NCBI GenBank assembly: GCA_951406725.2
Contig: OX597826.1
Span: 40,486,001 to 40,550,000 of the forward strand
Source: Octopus vulgaris
Lineage: Eukaryota
Length of the DNA: 64,000 nt
Reading direction: 5' to 3'
Shown here: one piece after another, positions 1 through 10,769 of the stretch
Numbering within the stretch: the first letter of the stretch is position 1
How the letters are laid out: every line of letters begins with the position of its first letter
Position numbers and translations under genes: made by a program
Notes under the pieces: generated by a model
The model's input: only the letters and a program-made list of their open reading frames with translations
Database searches by the model: none
Told to the model about the DNA's origin: nothing

Positions 1-699
1 CCATCACCAATGTATTACAGGTACTCCTTAAGACTAGGGTTTCAAGCACCAAATGCCAAATGACAGTTCGACAAGAACTGTGATATTTAGCAGTGTTCAA
101 AACGTTAAGAGTGCTTTCATCTTATTCCCGCTGAGGATGTCAATTTCTTATGTAAATTCAATAACCCCTATTTCCAGGGCTGAGGATTGACCATTCATTT
201 TCACTACATGGTTCGTACTTATTTTACACACACACACACACGACGACGAATAACAATCCAAAGTGTATGTCAGTGCGATTCGAACGTAAAAGGAGCAAGT
301 TCGACACCGTACAGTCTTTCGAATCTGTTTTGTTTCACCAGATTTTGTTTCCCAGATCGATCAATAAAAAGTGAAATACTTTTAATATTTCCGGAATCAC
401 TAATATCGTCTTCAGACGATAACAAATTCCATACATTTATAATGTCAAAAAAAAGTCATTTATTATATTCCGAAAAAAAAAAATAAGCACAAGAAACAAA
501 TTCCCAAACTGACAACTTATTTATTTTTTCTTTTATTTTTTTCTCTCTCTCCTCTCTGGTGATAATTTCTTTTGTGTAGATAACTAGTAAACACCTGCTC
601 ACACGTACCTACTTCTAAGTATCTGCTTATACATTCTAACACGCATGCATTTACGTATATATTTGTGTGTATATACATACACGCTTATTTATAGCCGTG

Positions 700-739
<40 letters not shown>

Positions 740-1244
740 TGCAGAACATGTCGAATGAAGCAAAGCGAATACGCAACACATTTTCGATTCCAGCGCGTTG
801 TCGTTTCCATTGTATTGATAAAGGTCTTCGCAAAATTTGGACGTACCTCTTCAACAGCACGAATATACCTCTGTTCTCCACAACAATCCAACGATAGCAA
901 CAGTGATACCACGTTAGTGAATAATAAAACTCAGTGAACTGGCTTCATTTAACGTTTTCACGACTAAGTTTTATTCCAAGACAGAAAAAAAAAAATTAGA
1001 AATAAATGCAAAATAGAATTATTTCCAATCAGCTATATTAGAGACTTTCCATTTTCCTTCTCTGGAGAAGTAGCTTGCTCAATCACTTTCTCTACTCAGT
1101 GAATGCAGCTTCTCTAGTCCCTCTTTTGTACCTAGTGAGTGTAGCTTCTGTGCTTCCTTTCTATATTCAGTGAATGCAACTTCTGCAGAAACAGATACAT
1201 TTGAGAAAAGTGATTTTATGTAAAAGCAAGGTTTATAAAATAAA

Positions 1245-1647
1245 ATAAATAATAATAATAATAATTGTGTACAGTGCTCAGGTGCACTACAACTCATCTA
1301 AAGTGTATATATAATCAGGTGTAGTTTCGGCGGATTTCGGAAAGCATGAGGGCCTTAAAGGATGCAGTGTCATGGCAGTCAACAACTGACGCAGGCAGTC
1401 TATTCCATGCTTCAGCAACTCTGAGCGTGAAAAAATGTTTCCGAAAGTCATGGGAGCTGTGTTGTTTTCTGACTTTGTAGGCATGTCCACGTGTGTTAGA
1501 CACATGGAGATCAAAAAGGTGTTCAGTGTTGTTGTTGGTGAGGTGGTTGATAACTTTGTGGGTGTTTACCAAGTCCGTCGCCAGACGCCGGAGCTTCAGT
1601 GAATCCATGCCCAGGGAAACAAGGCGCTCAGAATATGGTAGGTTATA
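1245..1647 (-). mobile_element. CR1-type LINE 3' fragment (ORF2 C-terminus, short 3' UTR, (ATT)n tail)
   Basis: ORF 1315..1653(-) reads LPYSERLVSLGMDSLKLRRL..DL...TRGHAYKV..HFFTLRVAEAWNRLP..VV, typical of the CR1 ORF2 C-terminus; ends in an (ATT)n tail near 1248-1265. Confidence 0.85.
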
Positions 1648-2843
1648 AAACAAGTAGTGCGGATATACAGAACAACAGATTATAGGAAATTTCAGTGAAT
1701 GTGATTCTTAAAGAATTAGAACTAAAGTATGGAGTGTTTTTTGTTGTTTTGATTTGATTTTTTGCTTTGCTTTTCTGAAGACAAAAGCAAAACAGGCAGT
1801 TATATAATGTAGCATTGCAGCTTATGTCTTGAAAGAAGAATATTACATTCTATGATATTGTTGATATTTCGACCGAAGTCGGTTTCATCAAACAAAGATT
1901 CAAGCCATGACTATCCCAGTATTTTTTATTTGGAATTGTCTCCCGTTGACTAGATTATTTATTGTGTTGCCTTTTAAGCTGGCAGTTGGTATTAGTGTTG
2001 TGTCTGGCTACTATTTCTATCAGATCGAGCAAGAGGCTATCCTCCATGTTTAAATTAATTCTGAACAGTACCTATCTCCCAATAATCAAGTTGTCTTTGA
2101 TATTCAGAACTGAGGAATGTAAAGTAATTTCTTGAGACAAAAGCATTTAAAAATGCTGCTACTTCTGAGATGAGTGGTTCTGTTAATAAGATAACTGTTT
2201 TCCAGGCTATTAACCTTTTCTCTAGAGATGGAAAAGAATTCATTATTTACATCTACACTAGGTTTGGGTCGAATTTCATTTCCATTATCTTTCGCTTAGC
2301 AACATAGATTCCACATTTTGGCACGAAAACACAAACACTATATGTGTATATGTGTGTGTGCGCACGTGTTTGTGTGCGAGTATGTGACTCTGTTTATGTG
2401 CGTGTGCAAAAGCGTGTGTGTAAAACCGCATTTCAAACACAGATACTACATATGTATATAAATAACAGCAGCAGTTAAAACTCATTTAATCGTCGTTACT
2501 CTGAATTTCACGTCACATTTTTCACACAACTAAAATTCTTATTTACTGCCTTAAACAGGTGTTAAATATTTGATTTAAAAAAGCGGGTAGTAAATTGTAA
2601 ACAATAAATATATTTACCTATTTTTATGCCACTGACTAAAATAAAGGGAGGGTGGGTAGGGCTGCACCAGCACTAGTCTGCTACTCATTGAAAGCTCAGG
2701 AGATAGAAGCAACGTAAAATAAAGCACCTTGCTCAAAGATACAACGCGCCGCTCCATCCTATGAACGGTCTTATGATTGTAAGCTCAACTTCCTGATTTC
2801 TTGGCTATGCACTTCACAGATAGATATGTTACGTGTACGTATG

Positions 2844-2884
<41 letters not shown>

Positions 2885-2909
2885 TTATATATATATAGAT
2901 ATATACTGA

Positions 2910-3086
2910 CTTCAAATTTCAGCAGCAATTTCTGGGAGGAAGTTTGTCGATTACATCTTATTTTATCGACCCCTAAATACCAAATAACAAGATTGACCTC
3001 GACTGAATTTGAACTTAGAATATAAAGACGAATGAACTACTGCTAAGCATTTTGTCCGGCGTGGTAACGATTCTACCAGATCGCCT
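2910..3086 (-). mobile_element. SINE family A, degenerate copy
   Basis: Reverse complement resembles the family (ctggcagaatcgttagcacgccggacaaaatgctta...gagttcaaattc...gtcgataaaataag) seen in more than 10 places in this window. Confidence 0.7.
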
Positions 3087-3088
3087 TT

Positions 3089-3191
<103 letters not shown>

Positions 3192-4377
3192 AATTCAGTT
3201 TCGTTGTACCTATTTTCTAGGCAATATTTGTGTTCTCCTTTGTGTTACAAAGAAGTGTAGTATATGTGCTGCTGTTGTGAAGAACATACGTAAAACATAA
3301 TGGAGTGAAATATAAAAAACGCCTCAACTGCTGTACAGTGACGAACAGTAAATAAAACTGTTGACATACCTTTCTACAAGAAGTTAATTCAATTGGAAAG
3401 AAAGCTTTCACGAGCAAACTCTGTTAATTGGAATCAAACAATTCTTCATCGTAGTATGACAACACGATATATATATATATATATATGTCCCTATTATGAT
3501 ATAAAGAATACTCTTACTCTTATGTTACTTCAGTCCTATTGTCCTACCAATTCCAAACTGGTCGATTTCCATGAAGTCATGCGAAGAATGGCCAAACCAG
3601 AAAGGTAATCTACGCTTTCGTCATTTCTCCCATTCTGAAATGTAAAGTATTCTATTTTCCTTTCATTATTGAAAACTCCACTTCTAGTTATCGTCACGTC
3701 ATGATATAAGCATTTTAGTTCAACTGCAGTGCTTCAGGAAACCTTTCAGTCTTGATATTATAGAAAAGAGTGTTCTATTCAAATCCACTAACAAAGAAGG
3801 TGATTTATAAAATAAGTTAGAGACTACTTAGGTTCTCAAACTTTCCATGAAGTGCACGATTGACTAGTAATGATTATTTCCAGGCTGTTATAATGCTATC
3901 TCCTTTTTTTTCTTTTTAGCATTATCTGTTCCTTTTTGGAAGCGTTTAACTTCCGATACCATAAAAGCGAGATATAAATTATTCCATAATGACCAATGGT
4001 GTTGTGTGATGGATGTTAAAGGAAAATAGGGACCAATTGTTAAAATGTTGTAAAGTAATTGCAACATTGTATAATATATATCGTAAAGTCATGCGTGACA
4101 GGTGCTACCAGAAATATATAGCCCGGTCAAGTTAATAACTTTGAATTAGAACGAAAGTGTTGCGGAGTGTAGCCAGATGCTGTCATGCGCTCAGCTACGT
4201 ACAAAATAAGCACACACACACACAAACACACAAAAATACACACACGCACACACAAATAGATATATATGTTTAAGCATATTATACATACATTAATACAATG
4301 TGTATGTCATATGTATAGTTTATAATATATATATATTATAAACAATATATATGTAATATGTATAATATATAATATAT

Positions 4378-4655
4378 ATGTGGCTCAGTGGTAAGAGCGT
4401 CGAGCTTACGCTCTAGATGTTGTGTGTTCGATTCCCGGACCAGGCTGCGTGTTCTTGAGCAAGACACTTTATTTCACGTTGCTTCAGTTCACTCAGCTGT
4501 AGAAATGAATTGCGGCGCCACTGGTGCCAAGAGGGGAGGCTGATATGCATGGGCGACTGCTGGTCTTCCATAAACAACCTTGCTCGGACTTCCGTTTCGG
4601 AGAGTAACTTTGTAAGTGCAATCCCATGGTCATTCATGACCGAAGGGGGTCCCCG
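4378..4655 (+). mobile_element. tRNA-derived SINE (family D)
   Basis: Pol III A box TGGCTCAGTGG (4381) and B box GTTCGATTCC (~4426), then a ttgagcaagacactttatttcac core; the 3' tail recurs inverted at ~34245-34365. Confidence 0.85.
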
Positions 4656-4671
4656 ATATATATATATATAT

Positions 4672-6702
4672 AAATCAAATTTCACCCCACCAAAAGGAAG
4701 AAATAACTACCTTGACCAATACATTGATATCCTGTCTAAATTTCCCCTTAGACGCAATACCAATGTTAGGCCAAACATTAGCAAATCAGAGATGTCTGCA
4801 TGTAAACGTATACAAAACGATCAAACAATAATAATTAAACAAGCAGATAAAGGTGGTGCAATTGTTATTATGGATACCGAATACTATAAGGATTTGGTTG
4901 AAGACCAACTGAAGGATACAACCTTCTATTGTGAAATACCCGCAAATATAGACCACCACATCATGAAAAAGATCAACAACCTGATTTCAACACACCACAA
5001 CTCACTTACGGATAATGAAAAAGACTACATCACCAATTTTGAACCAAAACCCAGCAACTTCTACGGCTTACCAAAAATACACAAATCAAAAAACATTCAA
5101 CAGGCAGTAAAAGAACAAGAAAGTGAGTACATAAAATTATTACATCCAAAAGACCTAAAACTTAGACCTATTATAGCTGGTCCAGCATGCCCTACACACC
5201 GTCTAAGCAATTTTATTGACATTGTTTTGAAACCACTATGTACTTACATACCAAGTTTCATCAGGGATGACATCGACTTCCTGTCCCATCTTCCCAAAAC
5301 AACAGAAACAAATTCAGTTTTACTAAGTTTTGATGTGGTAAGCCTCTACACCAATATTCCACACGATTTAGGAATAAAGGCGATTAAATACTGGTTAGAA
5401 AAACATAGAGAAGTGATTCCCAGCAGATTCACAGTGCCATGTATATTAGACACAGTCAAACTTATTCTAGAAAATAACACATTCTTCTTCAATGGAAAGA
5501 ATTACATCCAAATTAGAGGCACGGCGATGGGAACGAGGTTTGCTCCCGTTTACGCCAACTCTGTAATGGGATACTTAGAAGAACAACTCTACCAAGAGGT
5601 GGAGGTAAACTATGGCACTGGATTTAGAAAGTATATTGAAAAGGCATGGAAGAGATACCTAGACGACTGTTTCATAATCTGGACAGAATCTCTAAATACT
5701 CTGGAAGAGTTCAATATCCTCCTGAACAACCTACACCCATCTCTCAAATTTACAAAGGAGATGAGTAGTACCAAATTACCATTCCTGGATATAATGGTAA
5801 TTAAAAAAGACACCACCATCACCACAGATATATACTATAAACACACAGACACACATCAATACCTAAATTTTAAGTCGTGCCATCCACCACATACAAAACG
5901 TAACATCCCATACTGCCTAGCCAGAAGAATTTGTACTATTGTAGAAGATGCAAATATCAGGAACAAACGCCTAATAGAACTAAGAGAATTTTTGCTCAAA
6001 CAAAAATACCCATCTCTACTTATAGAAAATGGCATACAGCGGGCTATAAAAATACCTATACAACAACTTAGGACAACCAAAGGAAGAGGAAAACAAGAAC
6101 AAGTCATACCATTCATAGTGACACACAACCCATGTCACCAGAATATCTTCAACATTGCCAAAGCAAACCTACCAATCATTGCCCAAAGTAATGAATTAAA
6201 AGACATAATCAAGGATCGAGCTATGGTGCTTAGTAAAAGACAGCCTAAAAACTTGAAAACATTACTAACAAAGGCAAAATTTGACCTCAGCAACAAAGAC
6301 CAAACATTCACGGTATCTAAATGCAATGATAGCCGATGTGGCACATGCCAATTCATACATACCGGTCAATATATAAACACAAAAACCGGGAAAATATTCA
6401 CAAACGCGAATATGAACTGCAAAAGCAGAAATTTAATTTACTGCATCAAATGCCCAAATTGTGAAGAAATATATGTAGGTCAGACGGGAAACGCACTATT
6501 AGAACGCTCACGTGTACACCGGCAACAGATTAGAGACCCAGAGGTCCGTCAGATACCTTTGAGTAACCACCTAGCAACATGTGGTCGGAAAATATATATA
6601 ATATTTCCATTCTACAAATTACACAGCCCAAGTGAAATCGAGAGGAAAATCAGAGAAAAGAATTTTATTGATAAATTCGAACCCAAGCTAAATAAGCAAT
6701 AA
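4672..6702 (+). CDS. Penelope-like element polyprotein (reverse transcriptase + GIY-YIG endonuclease), Neptune-like, 5'-truncated
   Basis: Stop-free frame with PLE RT motifs IKQADKGGAIV, FYGLPKIHK, LRPIIA, SFDVVSLYTNI, GTAMGTRFAP, RYLDD (YLDD at 5656-5667), LPFLD, YYKHTDT; linker CNDSRCGTC; endonuclease NLIYCIKCPNC..IYVGQT..ERSRVH. Codons upstream of 4672 in the ORF track come from a SINE and (TA)n. Confidence 0.95.
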   Translation, partial: KSNFTPPKGRNNYLDQYIDILSKFPLRRNTNVRPNISKSEMSACKRIQNDQTIIIKQADKGGAIVIMDTEYYKDLVEDQLKDTTFYCEIPANIDHHIMKKINNLISTHHNSLTDNEKDYITNFEPKPSNFYGLPKIHKSKNIQQAVKEQESEYIKLLHPKDLKLRPIIAGPACPTHRLSNFIDIVLKPLCTYIPSFIRDDIDFLSHLPKTTETNSVLLSFDVVSLYTNIPHDLGIKAIKYWLEKHREVIPSRFTVPCILDTVKLILENNTFFFNGKNYIQIRGTAMGTRFAPVYANSVMGYLEEQLYQEVEVNYGTGFRKYIEKAWKRYLDDCFIIWTESLNTLEEFNILLNNLHPSLKFTKEMSSTKLPFLDIMVIKKDTTITTDIYYKHTDTHQYLNFKSCHPPHTKRNIPYCLARRICTIVEDANIRNKRLIELREFLLKQKYPSLLIENGIQRAIKIPIQQLRTTKGRGKQEQVIPFIVTHNPCHQNIFNIAKANLPIIAQSNELKDIIKDRAMVLSKRQPKNLKTLLTKAKFDLSNKDQTFTVSKCNDSRCGTCQFIHTGQYINTKTGKIFTNANMNCKSRNLIYCIKCPNCEEIYVGQTGNALLERSRVHRQQIRDPEVRQIPLSNHLATCGRKIYIIFPFYKLHSPSEIERKIREKNFIDKFEPKLNKQ

Positions 6703-7019
6703 TAATAATACTTAGAGGTATTACTTCCACTGCTACGACCATGACCACTAACAACAACAACAATACTAAAGGTGATCAAGACGAAGATAGCAGGAAAATT
6801 ATCTTATTTAGGGTTAAAAGTTCTATTGCCACCACCATCACCACTAGCAACAATAATTAAGGTGCTGACAATGATGATGATGACAATTGAAATATAAAAA
6901 TATAAAAATCTCTGACAAAGGATATTTACAACATTTCTAAAAATAACCCAACAATTGCTGCTTCGGCCAGGGTCAAGATACAGGACTCTTGACCTGTCCA
7001 ACAAAGCGTGATGCCTAAA

Positions 7020-7162
7020 CCAATCAGCTCAACCAACCAATCAGCTTAAGTAATTGAGTGATACTACACACTGATTGGTCAGAATACAGTTTGCAAAACC
7101 TAGCACTCTGGAGCCTACCCAGCTGTATTTATAGCACAGAATCACTCATCTTGCTACAGTCA
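7020..7162 (+). promoter_or_regulatory. Putative Pol II promoter in the PLE pseudo-LTR
   Basis: CCAAT at 7020 and 7037 (both CCAATCAG), reverse CCAAT in CTGATTGG at 7071-7078, TATTTATAG at 7126 and Inr-like ACAGTCA at 7156 (~30 nt after the TATA). Confidence 0.55.
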
Positions 7163-7196
7163 AAAATTGTGAAGCATGACTGTCAACACTACTACA

Positions 7197-7241
7197 TGAA
7201 CCCGAAGATTGCAGAATTCAATGCATGAAAGTACTAGTTCA
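7197..7241 (+). ncRNA. Minimal type-I hammerhead ribozyme motif (U4C core variant) in PLE pseudo-LTR
   Basis: TGAAC-CCGAAGA-T-TGCA gaattcaa TGCA-T-GAA-AGTACT-A-GTTCA: 5-bp stem I, 4-bp stem II, palindromic stem III, predicted cut after CUA (7236). Confidence 0.8.
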
Positions 7242-7370
7242 ATCAGAATGAATATTTAACATTCTACTATTTCATTTTATTTTATTCAATTATAATATAT
7301 TATCTTATAATATATCATTATAAGATTGTAAATAAAACGTGAAAATCAGACAAGGTTGGAATTCTTTTTA

Positions 7371-7428
<58 letters not shown>

Positions 7429-8058
7429 CACATACATATATTCACGTGTATCTTTATTTGTCTGCGCCTTTGTGCGTGTGTGTGTGAGTTTGTATGTCTG
7501 TGTGTATGTACGTTTGTGTGTGTGTGAGCATATACAAGTTTCATAGCGCAAAAACGATAAATTAAATTCAGAACATGTCTACATATATATTTTTTATTAT
7601 TACAAATTGAATCAGAGACTGGGAATTTCATGTATGATACTTAACAGAGTTTGGTAAGTGGCCCGTATGAAATTCCCGGGATATGAGTTACTAGTAACTT
7701 CTGCCGATTGCAAGGGATAAATATATACATTTATACATGTATATATATATATATATATACATTTACATACATACACACATATATACATACATACAGACAT
7801 ACATACATACATACATACATACATACATACATACATACATACATACATACATACAAACATCCTGCATATGCACTGACTTCAAATACTGCGCATAAGCACA
7901 AATGCATGCAAAAATATTTTACTCATGTTAATGAAATCCCAGTGAGTATCTAGGTTAGAAAGCGGCTCTTGACAAGAAGCCTTCAAATAAAATTGAATAA
8001 CTTACATACATGCATACATACATAAACCAATATATATATATATGCACACACACATACA

Positions 8059-8143
<85 letters not shown>

Positions 8144-8304
8144 ATTTATATATATATATATATATATTATATTAAATTAGAGATAAAACCACTATTAGGC
8201 AAATCAAACAATGAAAAACATAAGCCAATACATAAAATTAATTAATTTATATTATTTTAAATATATATCAAAAGTATTAAAAGTTTAATAAAAGATAATG
8301 AGTA

Positions 8305-8378
8305 AAACACTACGATCGTTTCATGGCTGTCCAATTCGTAATAATTCGAGTTATGGTTACAGTCAATCTTCAGGTAAT
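8305..8378 (-). ncRNA. Minimal type-I hammerhead motif with long stem II
   Basis: Minus strand: aattac-CTGAAGA-t-TGACTGT..ACAGCCA-t-GAA-ACGATCGT-A-gtgttt; canonical core, palindromic stem III, GUA site, imperfect stem I; ~135-nt tail then (AT)n. Confidence 0.75.
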
Positions 8379-8439
8379 TGAAATATTTATCTTAGCGAGG
8401 TTTAACAATATATTTCATTATTCAGTTTATGTTAAAAGT

Positions 8440-8885
8440 TCTTGCCAATAGAGAAAGAACCGGTTTCTAACCTAGATCCAAGACTCCTTCATTGGAATTT
8501 CAACATCAACAATAGGCTATTTTTGTTTGTTTGTTTGTGTATATATGTATCATATGTATAGGTGTAGATTTGTATATTTTATGTATGTACTCTCATGCGT
8601 ATAGTTACATATCTAGACGTGCTCATATATATTTAAATGATAAACTTCTGGAAAGTTTTATAGATTTTTACAGTTCCAGTGATTGACAGAAACTGTAGTC
8701 TTCGAATTAGCTTTCTCCTTTCTGGTTTTGAGAAGCCTAATTTCTCACGATTGGTTTTTCGGCAGTGTGTTACATATTCCAGAGCCCTAATAATTACAGG
8801 TATAAACTTGAACTCGTAATCTGGATAGAGTAACTGCAGATTTCTCAATAGTTCAGCATAGGCGTTCTTTTTCACTGATCTTCAA
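8440..8885 (-). mobile_element. RLE-type (R4/Dong-like) LINE 3' fragment
   Basis: ORF 8633..8875(-) KKNAYAELLRNLQLLYPDYEFKFIPVIIRAL...LSITGTVKI; homologous to 15690-16150(+). Confidence 0.7.
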
Positions 8886-8889
8886 CTTT

Positions 8890-9104
8890 ATGTATGTATG
8901 TATGTATGTATGTATGTATGTATGTATGTATGTATGTATGTGTGTATGTGTGTTTTTATGTATGTATGTATGTATGTATGTATGTATGTATGTGTGTGTG
9001 TGTATGTATGTATGTATGTACATACGTATGTATGTATGTATGTATGTATGTATGTATGTGTGTATGTGTGTTTTTATGTATGTATGTATGTATGTATGTA
9101 TGTA

Positions 9105-9135
<31 letters not shown>

Positions 9136-9182
9136 ACATACGTATGTATGTATGTATGTATTATGTATGTATGTATGTACGT
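8890..9182. repeat. (TATG)n/(TG)n compound microsatellite with internal higher-order duplication
   Basis: Seen directly; the blocks tgtgtgtttttatg and tacatacgtatg each occur twice. Confidence 0.95.
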
Positions 9183-9242
9183 ATAGGTTTTGGGTGAGTT
9201 TTAATTGTAGTAGACCGAGTGACCGCATGAAGGTTTACTCTC

Positions 9243-9600
9243 ATTGGTTGGTTGGTTGGTTGTTTGGTTGGTTGGTTGGTTGGTTGGTTGGTTGGTTGGT
9301 TGATTGGTTGGCTGGTTGGTTGGTTGGCTGGTTGGTTGGTTGGCTGGTTGGTTGGTTGGCTGGTTGGTTGGTTGGCTGGTTGGTTGGTTGGTTGGTTGGT
9401 TGGTTGGCTGGTTGATTGGTTGGTTGGTTGGTTGGTTGGTTGGTTGGTTGGTTGGTTGGTTGGTTGGTTGGTTGGTTGGTTGGTTGGTTGGTTGGTTGGT
9501 TGGTTGGTTGGTTGGTTGGTTGGTTGGTTTTTTGGTTGGTTGGCTGGCTGGCTGGCTGGCTGGCTGGTTGGTCGGTCGGTCAATCGGTCGGTGGGTCGGT
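9243..9600. repeat. (TTGG)n/(CTGG)n microsatellite
   Basis: Seen directly; generates the spurious WLVG/TNQP ORFs. Confidence 0.97.
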
Positions 9601-10184
9601 CAGTTGCTTAGATGGATGACTGCTTGTTTTCCGATATTATTCCCTTCTCATGACAACCAATCAATTAACATCACTTGTGTAAACTTAGCTTTGCATCAAC
9701 ATTTCAATTACATTTTTGTCTTTGTGAAACGTAAATATAATTTATCGCCTCCATCCTTAATATGATATTAGATTTAAAAAATTGGTAGCATTGAAGTAAA
9801 TAGAATTAAATTCATTCATTTATACGGTTTATATGATTAAATCGATAAACTATAGACGTGATATCCTTGATAGATTAGTCAATAAATATAATATAATTAT
9901 GTCTTGCATCTATCATTGCGTTTCGAGTGTTCACTGGGGAAGTCATCAACTTTGTAACGTTACGACGGAATAGGCAATCTTACGCTGTTTAAGGCAGAGT
10001 CCAATTAATGTTAATTGCTATCCTGAACAGAAGTAAGAGACATGGCTGTCAGGAACCTGATATGAGGAAACCAGACAGTTTAAATGTAATTATTTTTTTA
10101 TGATTTCCTTCCCCAAATATTTGCAAATAATTGATCAGCTTTCTTGATTTGTAGTTATTTCGTCATCAACGGACATATGAAGTG

Positions 10185-10692
10185 AGGCGGGTGAAGTTTG
10201 AACTCAGAACCACATTAGAACGCAGCTAAATGCTGAATCACACTTTGTCCGGCACGATAATAACGTCTTTCAAATTTTGGCGCAAGGCCAACAATATGAA
10301 TCGATGAAAAGCAAATTCGACCTCGGCGAAATTTGACTTCAAAACGTAAAGGAGGGCGAAATGCAGCAAAGTATTTAGGACAAAATGTAACAAGGTATTT
10401 TTCTAACGATTCTGCCTGCTTGCCGTTTAACAATAATAAAAATCGTTTCTACTAAAAGCACAAGACCTGAAATTTTGGAGTAGGAGACTAGTCGATTACA
10501 TCGATTCCCAGTTTTTCGCTGATACTGAATTTAACGATTCCCGGAGTACTCAAATGCTACTTAGTATATCGACCGCAAAAAGATGAAAAGCAACGTAGAC
10601 CAGGGCGGAATCTAAACTCGGGATGTAAGGACGGTTGAAACGTCGCTAAGGTATTTTTCTAGCGTGCTAACGGTTCAACAGCTCGCCGCCTC
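10185..10692 (-). mobile_element. Cluster of about three degenerate family A SINE copies
   Basis: Repeated blocks caaattttggcgcaaggcc, gtcgattacatcga, cggcggaatttgaactc and gctaacgattctgcc separated by short (AAT)n. Confidence 0.7.

Positions 10693-10769
<77 letters not shown>

Larger units (their letters stand above)
4672..7374 (+). mobile_element. Penelope-like retroelement: ORF plus 3' pseudo-LTR, bounded by (TA)n tracts
   Basis: RT-EN ORF, then ~670 bp non-coding tail with promoter motifs and an HHR fold; (TA)n at 4656-4672 and from ~7374. Confidence 0.88.

Noticed and set aside
375-420. Hammerhead-like CTGAAGA..GAAA on the minus strand
   Set aside because: No stem I pairing and a weak stem II.
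4378-4450. tRNA gene
   Set aside because: A and B boxes are present, but there is no acceptor stem and the sequence runs into a SINE body; the same applies at 39722 and 42680.
4510-4671. N-terminal 54 aa of the 730-aa ORF as native PLE protein
   Set aside because: Encoded by the SINE tail (also present at 34245-34365) and a (TA)n run.
9243-9600. Telomeric repeat
   Set aside because: The unit is TTGG/CTGG, not TTAGGG; an ordinary tetranucleotide microsatellite.
8890-9765. Long ORFs such as MYVC.., WLVG.. and TNQP.., and the poly-I/L/Y/K/N ORFs across the window
   Set aside because: They are stop-free translations of microsatellites, not genes.
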